A stretch of 64,000 bases of DNA from Candidatus Cloacimonadales bacterium (lineage in GTDB: Bacteria; Cloacimonadota; Cloacimonadia; Cloacimonadales; JAIOQZ01): positions 800,001-864,000 of the forward strand of contig CAXXTU010000002.1 in assembly GCA_963662655.2 (NCBI GenBank), written 5' to 3'. Positions 56,801 through 64,000 of the stretch are shown here, piece by piece (position 1 is the stretch's first letter; the number at the start of each line of letters is the position of its first letter). The notes beneath the pieces are model-generated. The model ran no database searches and was not told where the DNA came from. It saw only the letters and a list, made by a program, of their open reading frames with translations. The translations under genes and the position numbers were made by a program.

Positions 56801-58295
56801 CGGCACGCAAATGGATATCGGAGCATTCTGCTACGACGCAAACAACGCGACCATTCCGGGCCAACCGGATAATGGACTGCCCACGGGCAACAACGTTTCC
56901 GTGAGCTTCCCTTCAGTCTTCTGGTCGGACGACATGGATGTGTTCCGGTGGTCGATCCATCTGGACATCACTCCTGACTATAGCTCTCCGGGAGCTATCG
57001 TCAATACAAACCTGATGGACAACCAGTATGATATTCCGACCGATTATCTGCTGTACGATACACAGTATTGGGTAACGATCAGCCCACGCAACATTCGCGA
57101 CGAAGTCGGTCCACCGCTCGAGTGGAGTTTCACGACCCAGCAGCCGGAAGGAAGCCCCAATCACGATAACGGTACTGGTCTCGCCGGAGAGGTGATTGAT
57201 TCGGGTGGATGGTCGGGCGGATTCTACGAGATGGACATACCACAGGTTGGCGATATCCAATTCCCGTCTGTGACGATGCAACCTAATGCAACCCCGTCCG
57301 GGCAAGTTGTGCTCATCATTGAGTTGGGCATCAAGGGCGGTGAAGAAGGAAGCGAACAGCGACTCGAATACGAGGCGTTCATCGGCAAGATGGCATCCGT
57401 GGAAACCCTGGACGATCTGGAAATGGCCTTGCGCATCAGCTGTACGGATCAAAGCGTCTATAACGGGAACATAACACTCACGCTGTCCGGCTACCCATAC
57501 GATATTCAGTACATCTACTACTCGCTGGGCGGAGGAACCTGGATTCCGATTCCCGCCTGGACAGATGGCGCTCCTACCCCGTACTTTATCTTCGACGGCA
57601 CGAACGTCGTGATCACCGGCTTGAATACAGGGCGTGCCGACGGAGACCTCGATCTGGGGTTCGGAAGCGAGGACTTCACCCTGCCCGTGACCCTCTCCTC
57701 GTTCACGGCCACGACAACATCGGCGGGATTCGTGCAGATCAACTGGATCACGCAATCCGAGGAAGATTTGCTCGGATACAACGTTTACCGCAACGAGGTA
57801 TCGCAATTGAACGACGCAACGCTCATTTCCATTCCGATGATCGACGCGACGAATACCGGGAACGAGAGCATCTACGAATATCCGGACTACGATGTTGAAG
57901 TGGAGCACACCTACTTCTACTGGCTTCAAATCATGGAACTCACTGGACATAGCCAGTTCTGCGGTCCGGTCTCGGTTACCGTTACCGATCCCGGAGACGA
58001 ACCTCCAGCGCCGGTCTTCATCACTGAACTTTCTGGAAACTACCCGAATCCGTTCAATCCGACAACCTTGATCAAGTACTCCGTCGCGGAGCAGTGCGAT
58101 GTGGAAATCGCGATCTACAACATCAAGGGCCAGAAGGTGCGGACGTATAAAAACGATGGCTGCCCCGAAGGCGAACATTCGATCGAATGGCACGGAGACG
58201 ACGATACAGGTAAGTCGGTGGCTTCCGGTATCTATTTCATCAAGATGGAAACGGAGAACTACAAGAAGATCGTTAAAGCGATGATGATCAAGTAG
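53805..58295 (+). CDS. Large secreted protein: three PKD domains, repeat-rich beta-helix, LPVTLSSF motif and FlgD-Ig C-terminal domain
   Basis: Signal peptide; three W(N/D)FGD; eight TPTLSNIR(I/V)K(T/Q)SDSATR; SPCINAGDP..DIGAF; GNYPNPFNPTT. Confidence 0.93.
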   Translation: MKYVLSVLLIAFAVAIAAQTADFYADVTTVGAREYVTFISVCDPIPSLYLWNFGDGYGDGQSNPAHIYQSGGLYTVTLTAVWWTHGSQTVEKQNYINVLEADFSVAQQSGNAPFSASFYDNSLGRYSTAIWDFGDETDPVVIGPATQVFHRYETGGDYDVTLTISDSTGVQHSKTITDAIHVNDDLSVDFQADITTGPAPLNVHFYSEVTGNIQSYEWDFGDESGPSYDADPFHTYTTNGIYTVSLTVSDGSDEATATHQDYIVVGTVVDTSQPIDNALWDFQSSPFIVNDNLQIGQGGQLVIEPDVVVCFREGFVLQNNGNLEAQGATFRGIESGSWGGLIYSSGSGGTLSYSEILNATNGISILRSGRDNPRTPTLSNIRIKTSDSATRPAGTGLSVEGDFSGTLDGITIENYAFGIDIDNTQATSTPTLSNIRVKQSDSATRTYEDAINITGNCDPVLQNINIENYNIGIVIDDTGSDPLSTPTLSNIRIKTSDSATRSVTQAILLMNATDVQIGGTTANDSIIIEGYPMGIEIYQSFLRSRSTPTLSNIRIKQSDSATRIDTSAILIHGPVDAHIEGVIIDGFMTGIDYYQTGDVRDTPTLSNIRIKQSDSATRSQKTGIRVDNIESIIIGGEAVSDSVIIENCDIGISVFSNRGRSRATPTLSNIRIKTSDSATRESTSGFNFNGSVVANLKNAIIEGCQYGIFYDMSPALRDRSTPTLSNIRIKQSDSATRELNTGIFLQNVDAIIVGDSTHAADIVIEGYQTGVRVTAPDREISTPTLSNIRIKQSDSATRGIGDGVHFTDGATGVIRNCKIENFANAILLDNCGAVSAYGNTLNNNDTGLRANVSASPLKIHHNTIYLDPGFAHDLNGNSGIMLDTVSDAMVNNNTIYGYDIGTSANYSNAIWSMNIVWSDDQYDQAINNMDATSTVQARYNNMLNYSDGTGNIDLNPRFIDAPTGNFTLRANSPCINAGDPDFNNNGSDWTVDPMDQDPDGTQMDIGAFCYDANNATIPGQPDNGLPTGNNVSVSFPSVFWSDDMDVFRWSIHLDITPDYSSPGAIVNTNLMDNQYDIPTDYLLYDTQYWVTISPRNIRDEVGPPLEWSFTTQQPEGSPNHDNGTGLAGEVIDSGGWSGGFYEMDIPQVGDIQFPSVTMQPNATPSGQVVLIIELGIKGGEEGSEQRLEYEAFIGKMASVETLDDLEMALRISCTDQSVYNGNITLTLSGYPYDIQYIYYSLGGGTWIPIPAWTDGAPTPYFIFDGTNVVITGLNTGRADGDLDLGFGSEDFTLPVTLSSFTATTTSAGFVQINWITQSEEDLLGYNVYRNEVSQLNDATLISIPMIDATNTGNESIYEYPDYDVEVEHTYFYWLQIMELTGHSQFCGPVSVTVTDPGDEPPAPVFITELSGNYPNPFNPTTLIKYSVAEQCDVEIAIYNIKGQKVRTYKNDGCPEGEHSIEWHGDDDTGKSVASGIYFIKMETENYKKIVKAMMIK

Positions 58296-58315
58296 ATAGC
58301 CGATGTGTAACAATG

Positions 58316-58350
58316 AAGCGATCATTTTTGTCAAAAATGATCGCTTTTTT
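58316..58350 (+). terminator. Intrinsic terminator
   Basis: AAGCGATCATTTTT-GTC-AAAAATGATCGCTTTTTT. Confidence 0.85.
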
Positions 58351-58507
58351 ACTTTGCATTGAGCTTTATTTGTATATATTATTATTAATCATGTGAGTGC
58401 AACACTACCGGGCCAGAATCAGATATCCATCTAACTTGTTATGTACCGTTCGTTGATATCGGGTATAATATTTCTGGATAATATAGAATATTGTAATAGG
58501 GAAAAAA

Positions 58508-59524
58508 ATGAAACTTGTAAACAGTGATTCCACGATGTCCGATCAAAGTGTGACTAATGATTATTCTCAGGAACTGCAAGAATTTGTACTGAAACAGAAG
58601 AAAAAAGCCTACACGAAAGTATCCATGACGAAAGCGAGGATGGTCAAGAAAGTTCCCCTGTACTATCGAATCAGCGATACCGAATGGGAGATATACAAAC
58701 AACCCGAAATATCCATCAGTGAAATGCGAGTGGATCAGAATCGGCTCCCCGAACTTTACATTCTTACGCGCGATAAAGCCGAAGCAGCGCAGGAAGCCCA
58801 GGCAATCGTTAATCAACACATTCAGGCGAAACTCAAGGAAGGCGATGTCGAATCCGTTCGGGAAGGATTGGTCGTTATTGCGGACGAGCTTCTCGATGAA
58901 CCTCGAAGCGGCACATACAAGGAGGCTGAGAAGTCGGTAATCCTGGTAATGCGTGCCTTTTCGAGAAAGCAAGATATCCTCGGGCAGATCATATCCATCA
59001 GTTGCAAAGACTATACGACAGCGCTTCACTCCGTAAATGTAATGGCCCTGATGCTGGGATTCTGTAACTTCGTCGGGTACAACTGGCAGAAAACGATCCA
59101 ATTCTCGATGGCCGCCTTGCTGCATGATGTCGGAAAGACGTTGATCCCCAAGAAGATTCTTGCCGCGCCGCGGAAACTCACCAATGAGGAATTCAATGCG
59201 ATCAAGCGGCACCCGTGCCTCGGGGCGCAAATCCTGATGAACAATGGTATAACGGATCAGCGAGTAGTTCAGGCGGCAACCGAGCATCATGAGAAGGTCA
59301 ACGGCACGGGATACCCCAAGAGCATCAAAGACGTTTCACTTGTAGGACAGCTCGTAGGTATTATCGACATATACGAAGCGCTAACCAACAACGACCGGCC
59401 CTATCGCAGAGCGATGCCGCCCAAGGATGCATTGAGAATTCTGGTTGAAGAAAGCAATAAGGGGGCATTTGTTTACGGGCTTGTCGATCGATTCATCGAG
59501 AGTTTGTGCGATCCGAGAATGTGA
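58508..59524 (+). CDS. HD-GYP domain phosphodiesterase
   Basis: HSVNV, LLHDVGK, HHEKVNGTGYP, RPYR. Confidence 0.93.
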   Translation: MKLVNSDSTMSDQSVTNDYSQELQEFVLKQKKKAYTKVSMTKARMVKKVPLYYRISDTEWEIYKQPEISISEMRVDQNRLPELYILTRDKAEAAQEAQAIVNQHIQAKLKEGDVESVREGLVVIADELLDEPRSGTYKEAEKSVILVMRAFSRKQDILGQIISISCKDYTTALHSVNVMALMLGFCNFVGYNWQKTIQFSMAALLHDVGKTLIPKKILAAPRKLTNEEFNAIKRHPCLGAQILMNNGITDQRVVQAATEHHEKVNGTGYPKSIKDVSLVGQLVGIIDIYEALTNNDRPYRRAMPPKDALRILVEESNKGAFVYGLVDRFIESLCDPRM

Positions 59525-59528
59525 TCCG

Positions 59529-59894
59529 CTACTCGATCGGCAGTTCATCCTCGCTTCGCCAGGGTGGAGATACGACGCAGTAGAATGAAAGCGTCTCCCC
59601 GGAGGTGTTCTCGATCCACTGCTTCTCACCTGCGGGAATAAAGACGATATGCCCTTTCCCCACTTCCCGAGATTCATCTCCCACGTGCACGGTTCCATGT
59701 CCCTGCATGATCAGATACAATTCCGACGACGTCCTGAGCGCATGCGGTTCGGAGGCCTTCCCTGGCTCGAGCGAAGCCAGCGCGATGCTATAGCTTGTAT
59801 CCAGACCGGTGTGATTCGGATGAAAGACTTCCCGAATCAGGGTTTGATCGAATGCGACATAGGCCTTGGGGTCGTCGATATGGAATACCTTCAC
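59529..59894 (-). CDS. Cupin domain protein
   Basis: PG..SEPH....SELYLIMQGHG, FIPAGEKQWIEN. Confidence 0.9.
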   Translation of the reverse strand: MKVFHIDDPKAYVAFDQTLIREVFHPNHTGLDTSYSIALASLEPGKASEPHALRTSSELYLIMQGHGTVHVGDESREVGKGHIVFIPAGEKQWIENTSGETLSFYCVVSPPWRSEDELPIE

Positions 59895-61333
59895 GAATCA
59901 TTCTCCGGCGAATCGATGCACGCCGCCGCATCCCTCATGCTCAAGGGATCGACGTACAGCGTTTTCTGATTGGTATAGGTCACGAATCCGGGTGCGCTTC
60001 CACGGGGTTTGCGGATGTAACGGATTTGCGTCATATCGACCGGCACGTTGCTCGATTTCTTCGCCTTGCTGTAGTAAGCAGCCAGCCTCGCGGCAAGCAT
60101 CGTGTGCTCGGGGGACGGTTCCTTTTTCTTGTAATTGCGTAGCACAACGTGTGATCCCTTGAAAATCCTGCTGTGGAACCACCAGTCCCAGGGTTTGGCA
60201 AAACGCGTGGTAAGTTGATCGTTCTCCGTTGAGGTCCTTCCGATGAATATCTCCCAGCCGTCGTCGATCATCAACCTTCGATAGGGAGCCTTGCGCGCTG
60301 TCTCGCCCTTCTTGGCGATTCCGGCTTTCGAAAACTCCTTCAGCGCGAGGTAATCACTTTCGTCCTCCAGGTCGAAAAGCCAGCGGTGAAGCTCATCGAT
60401 CTCTGCTTCCGTGTTGGCAATCTGCTCTTCGATCATCTTTGCACCGTTCTTGGCCTTGCGGTACTTCTTCAGGTATCGCTCGATGTTCTTCTGGGGCGTC
60501 AGCTCAGGCAACAGGGTGATATCCACCTCATCCTGCCCGGGCTTGTAATAATCCACCACCGTTACGGAATCCTGGCCTTTCTTCAAGAGATGATAATGCG
60601 CCTTCAAGAGCTCCGCTGCCTGAAGCCAGTCGGTTTCCTTCTCTGCCTGGCTTCTTTCCTGCAGCTGTTTTTCGAGCTTCTTGACCTTCTTTTTCATATC
60701 GCGCTTGATCGATTTCACGATGTCGTTGCGGATATGATCCGCTTTGTCCCCGAGCTGCTTTACGTAATAAAAATCATGCAGATAATCGTTGATGGAATCG
60801 TAGTTCCTAGCGTTTAACTGGGGGATATCGGTTGTCGCATCGTGTTGTTGGAAGCCTGCCGGAGGTGGAAGATACTCCACGCCGGGTAAAATCTGGCGAT
60901 GCTGGTTCTCCGCGAAGCTGAAACGTCGCAGTGAATCGAAGATAATGCCGTCTTGCACTAAAATGAGATTGGTGAAACGCGGTATCAATTCCGCGACGAG
61001 TATGAGCTCTTCCTGCTTTCCGTCCAAGGCGGTGCGGAAGAAGTGAAATCGAATGATCCGGTCATGCTCGCTGATGGATACATCCCCCAGGCGAGTGTGT
61101 TGCAACCGGTGTATGATGGGACTGATCTCGTTCGCCGGGACGAACGGGAGTTTCGTCTTCTTTACGGTGAAACAGAACGGATTACCTGAGAAGAGCGAGA
61201 TTTGAAGATCCTCTTTCGCCTTCGGGAAGGTGAGCAGGTACTGATCCTCGAATCGAAGAATTTCCCCCAGCAGCGGCCTCTTCCCGGCAAGTTCCTGCCC
61301 GTGTAACCATTGATTCAGATATACGTATTCCAT
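59891..61333 (-). CDS. NFACT/FbpA family ribosome quality-control protein (RqcH-like)
   Basis: DRIIRF, AELIPRFTNLIL, YLKKYRKAK, IGR...ND.LT, DWWFH, GSHV, PGFVTY. Confidence 0.9.
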   Translation of the reverse strand: MEYVYLNQWLHGQELAGKRPLLGEILRFEDQYLLTFPKAKEDLQISLFSGNPFCFTVKKTKLPFVPANEISPIIHRLQHTRLGDVSISEHDRIIRFHFFRTALDGKQEELILVAELIPRFTNLILVQDGIIFDSLRRFSFAENQHRQILPGVEYLPPPAGFQQHDATTDIPQLNARNYDSINDYLHDFYYVKQLGDKADHIRNDIVKSIKRDMKKKVKKLEKQLQERSQAEKETDWLQAAELLKAHYHLLKKGQDSVTVVDYYKPGQDEVDITLLPELTPQKNIERYLKKYRKAKNGAKMIEEQIANTEAEIDELHRWLFDLEDESDYLALKEFSKAGIAKKGETARKAPYRRLMIDDGWEIFIGRTSTENDQLTTRFAKPWDWWFHSRIFKGSHVVLRNYKKKEPSPEHTMLAARLAAYYSKAKKSSNVPVDMTQIRYIRKPRGSAPGFVTYTNQKTLYVDPLSMRDAAACIDSPENDS

Positions 61334-61373
61334 GTCGAAGCCACCGCGAAAATTCTATAGGAGAGCAGTTCTC

Positions 61374-61706
61374 CTAAAATTCGTAGGCGTAACCGTCCTT
61401 TACGATTCTCTGGACAACGAAACGGTCTTCATCGTAGAAACCTGTCATTTCCATGAAATCGAATTTCACCAGCTTCAACCCGAGCTCTTCTTCCAGGAAC
61501 TCTTCCTCAGGCAACGCAAGCTTCAAGCGTTCCTTGTTGGGAAGCTGAAGAAACCAGGTTTCGTCTTCGTACAGCAATTTCCCTTTAAAGGTGTACAGTT
61601 TACCGACGTCTTCCTCGCCCTTGGGGCTCGTTGCCGCAACAGCAGCCAACATCCCGAGCTGAAGAAGCATCGCTGCCAGCAATGCAACCATGATGAGCTT
61701 TTTCAT
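61374..61706 (-). CDS. Hypothetical exported protein
   Basis: Signal peptide MKKLIMVALLAAML; RBS GAGGA. Confidence 0.7.
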   Translation of the reverse strand: MKKLIMVALLAAMLLQLGMLAAVAATSPKGEEDVGKLYTFKGKLLYEDETWFLQLPNKERLKLALPEEEFLEEELGLKLVKFDFMEMTGFYDEDRFVVQRIVKDGYAYEF

Positions 61707-61720
61707 AGGATCCTCGCTCG

Positions 61721-62095
61721 TTATTTCTTCTTTTTCAGTGAGATCACCAGTTCGTATTCGTTGGGTGGGCAATCCCATATCTGCTTGTTGAGGAACTCGA
61801 TCGGGTTCTCCATCAGTTCCTTTTCACTGACTTCCCTGAACCGGTTCTCTTCCTCGATGACCCAGTACATCTTCTCTTTCTTCGTAGAGACGACCTTTTT
61901 TGTCGGCATAATTTCTCCTACAATTACATATTCAGGATGGTTTTGCACAAAGTCAAGTAAAGCTTTGATCGTAATGTTGGATTTATACTTTTGACATTTC
62001 TTCCGACAATTGACGGCGCAGACGTAAATGCTCTCGAACCTTCTGGATCGGGGGCATATAATGCTCGTATTATCCTTGCGGAAACGTCTGGCCAC
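61721..62095 (-). CDS. Hypothetical protein with Cys-containing N-terminus
   Basis: Fills the gap in the operon downstream of dapA; GTG start behind GAAGGTG. Confidence 0.65.
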   Translation of the reverse strand: MARRFRKDNTSIICPRSRRFESIYVCAVNCRKKCQKYKSNITIKALLDFVQNHPEYVIVGEIMPTKKVVSTKKEKMYWVIEEENRFREVSEKELMENPIEFLNKQIWDCPPNEYELVISLKKKK

Positions 62096-62106
62096 CTAAC
62101 ACCTTC

Positions 62107-62982
62107 CTATATTATCTGATACGATTTCAGTACATTCTCGAGTTTCTTGCGATTCACTTCCGAAAGATTCACGAGTGGAAGCCTAATCTCGTCTTCGATC
62201 ATACCCATCATGGCGAGAGCGGACTTCACCGGAATGGGATTGGTTTCGTAGAACATCGCGGCGTTGATCTCGATCAGCTCCTGATGAATCTCAAGCGCGC
62301 GCTTGTAGTCGCCTTTCAGGCAGCTTTCGGCCAATTGACTCACCTTTCCCGGCATCACGTTCGCGGTCACGGAAATAACGCCTTTCGCGCCGCAGGCCAT
62401 GAGAGGCATGTTCAGCGCGTCCTCGCCGGACATCACGGAGAAATCATCGCGCGTGTCCCGGGCAACGATGGACGCCTTCACCAGATCGCCGCTGGCGGCT
62501 TTGAGCCCGACAATGCGCGGGCATTCTTCGGCAAGGCGAAGGATGGTCTCCGTGGCGATATTCACGCTCGTGCGCCCCGGAACGTTGTAAATGACGATGG
62601 GGATGTCGGTTTGGTCGTGGACCCTCTTGAAGAACTGGTAGAGCCCTTCCTGCGTGGGTTTGTTGTAGTACGGGGTGATGACGAGGGCGTAATCGATTCC
62701 GTATTCCTTCGCGCCGGCTGTCGCCGAGACTGTTTTACCCAGGTTGTTCGTGCCGGTTCCCAGCATGATGGGAAGCTTCCCGTTGATGCGCTGTACGCAG
62801 AAGCGTATCATCCGGTCTTTCTCGTCGCCGGCAAGCGTTGGAGATTCGCCGGTCGTGCCGTTCAGAAGGATTCCATGCGTTCCTTCCTTCATGTGAAAAT
62901 CGAGCAGTTTTTCCAGCGCGTTATAATCGATCTCGTTTTTCTTGAACGGTGTAACGAGCGCAACGTAAGAACCTTGAAGCAT
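62107..62982 (-). CDS. dapA: 4-hydroxy-tetrahydrodipicolinate synthase
   Basis: ALVTPF, GTTGESPTL, TPYYNKP, YNVPGRT, GLKAASG, ETNPIPVK; RBS AGGAGG. Confidence 0.96.
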   Translation of the reverse strand: MLQGSYVALVTPFKKNEIDYNALEKLLDFHMKEGTHGILLNGTTGESPTLAGDEKDRMIRFCVQRINGKLPIMLGTGTNNLGKTVSATAGAKEYGIDYALVITPYYNKPTQEGLYQFFKRVHDQTDIPIVIYNVPGRTSVNIATETILRLAEECPRIVGLKAASGDLVKASIVARDTRDDFSVMSGEDALNMPLMACGAKGVISVTANVMPGKVSQLAESCLKGDYKRALEIHQELIEINAAMFYETNPIPVKSALAMMGMIEDEIRLPLVNLSEVNRKKLENVLKSYQII

Positions 62983-62995
62983 GTTTCCTCCTATT

Positions 62996-63147
62996 TTCTT
63001 TTCGGCTTTGACGAAGTCAAAACGAAAACTTCGAACGTAAGCCTTTCGCAAAGCGAAATGCGAAAGTGGAAAATTATCTTCCTTATTCTTTTCGGCTTTG
63101 ACGAAGTCAAAACGAAGACTTCGAACCTAAGCCTTTCGCAAAGCGAA
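62996..63147 (-). repeat. Tandem pair of family B elements
   Basis: 62-bp unit at 62996-63057 and 63086-63147, two mismatches, 90-bp period. Confidence 0.92.
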
Positions 63148-63189
63148 GTCATTAAATCCTTATTTTGTCCCAGTGATCACCCTAATCCC

Positions 63190-63234
63190 TGTCATCCTGA
63201 GTGATCCCGATTTATCGGGATTGTGTCGAAGGAC
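63190..63234 (+). repeat. Family C copy with an inserted hairpin
   Basis: TGTCATCCTGAG-TG-ATCCCGATTTATCGGGAT-TGT-GTCGAAGGAC. Confidence 0.85.
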
Positions 63235-63247
63235 GGCATTATCTATT

Positions 63248-63745
63248 TCATTCCTGAGGAAATCCACCTGCAAAGCCAATCTGGCGCCAGGCCTCGTACA
63301 GGATAACCGCGACGCTGTTGGACAGATTGATGGATCGAATGTCATCGGTCATCGGGATGCGGATGTTCCTTTCCCGATGCTCTGCAAGAATATCTTCCGG
63401 AATGCCGGAGGTCTCCGGTCCAAATACGAATACGTCACCCTGCCGGTAGTCAAAGCTGGTATAGGCTTTCGTTGATTTTGTCGTACACAGGAAAATTCTG
63501 TCAACAGGAAATTTGGACAAAAAGTCCTCGAAACTCTCGTGGAAAAGGGGATTCAGCTTTTCCCAGTAGTCAAGCCCCGCACGTTTGAGATACTTGTCCG
63601 TGATTAGAAAACGCATTGGCTTGATAATGTGGAGGTTAGCCCCCATCCCAACGCAAAGCCTGCCGATGTTCCCCGTATTGGAGGGTATCTCCGGTCGGAA
63701 AAGCACAACATGGAAGCTGGGGAGATTATTCTCGCCTACTCCCAT
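63248..63745 (-). CDS. trmL: tRNA (cytidine/uridine(34)-2'-O)-methyltransferase
   Basis: VLFRPEIPSNTGNIGRLC, KRAGLDYW, FGPETSG, RSINLSNS. Confidence 0.95.
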   Translation of the reverse strand: MGVGENNLPSFHVVLFRPEIPSNTGNIGRLCVGMGANLHIIKPMRFLITDKYLKRAGLDYWEKLNPLFHESFEDFLSKFPVDRIFLCTTKSTKAYTSFDYRQGDVFVFGPETSGIPEDILAEHRERNIRIPMTDDIRSINLSNSVAVILYEAWRQIGFAGGFPQE

Positions 63746-63764
63746 TCTTTTTCCCACTTGCGCT

Positions 63765-64000
63765 TCAGGTAGCTCTCGTTGCAGTTCTCTTTCTTGCCCC
63801 ACTTGCTGGAAAACTCTTTGACCGGTACTTCGATCGCGTCGAAAGACTCGGGCAGTTCGACACCCTCGTTCACCGGGTACATCCACGAAATCTCCGGGAT
63901 TTTCTCCTGTAAATCTTTGGAAAGCAGGTACTCGATGTACTTCTGCGCGAGCGCGCGGTTCCGGGTCCCTTTTACGATCCCGGCACAATCGTAGTACTTG
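63765..64000 (-). CDS. C-terminal part of a thiamine-type ABC substrate-binding protein (partial)
   Basis: Manual translation AGIVKGTRNRALAQKYIEYLLSKDLQEKIPEISWMYPVNEGVELPESF. Confidence 0.7.

Overview
This is a chromosomal window from an anaerobic, diderm, amino-acid-fermenting bacterium. FlgD-Ig-type 'GNYPNPFNP' C-terminal domains and a GldAFG-like ABC system suggest the FCB group, plausibly Cloacimonadota (inference). Energy genes: an 11-gene minus-strand operon joining a four-subunit 2-oxoacid:ferredoxin oxidoreductase to HdrCBA-MvhDGA and a hydrogenase maturation protease, two more oxidoreductases (Vor-like, IorAB), and pyk. Housekeeping genes: metG, dnaX, selD, dapA, trmL, an NFACT/RqcH protein and five tRNAs. 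Also present: umuD/umuC, an ABC-F with an attenuator-like leader, and large secreted proteins. No transposase, integrase or CRISPR array was found. The most unusual signal is intergenic: three families of short folded elements. Family A (5 copies, 85-182 bp) keeps its fold and unpaired motifs while stem sequences covary and the apical loop carries different cargo; one cargo is a family B element. Family B also occurs as a tandem pair before dapA. Family C is a 25-bp REP-like core that caps an inverted repeat unique to each site and itself accepts hairpin inserts. A 1496-aa secreted protein carries eight copies of a nearly invariant 17-aa motif, synonymously diverged and separated by variable spacers. 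All calls were made by eye from sequence motifs; no database searches were run.
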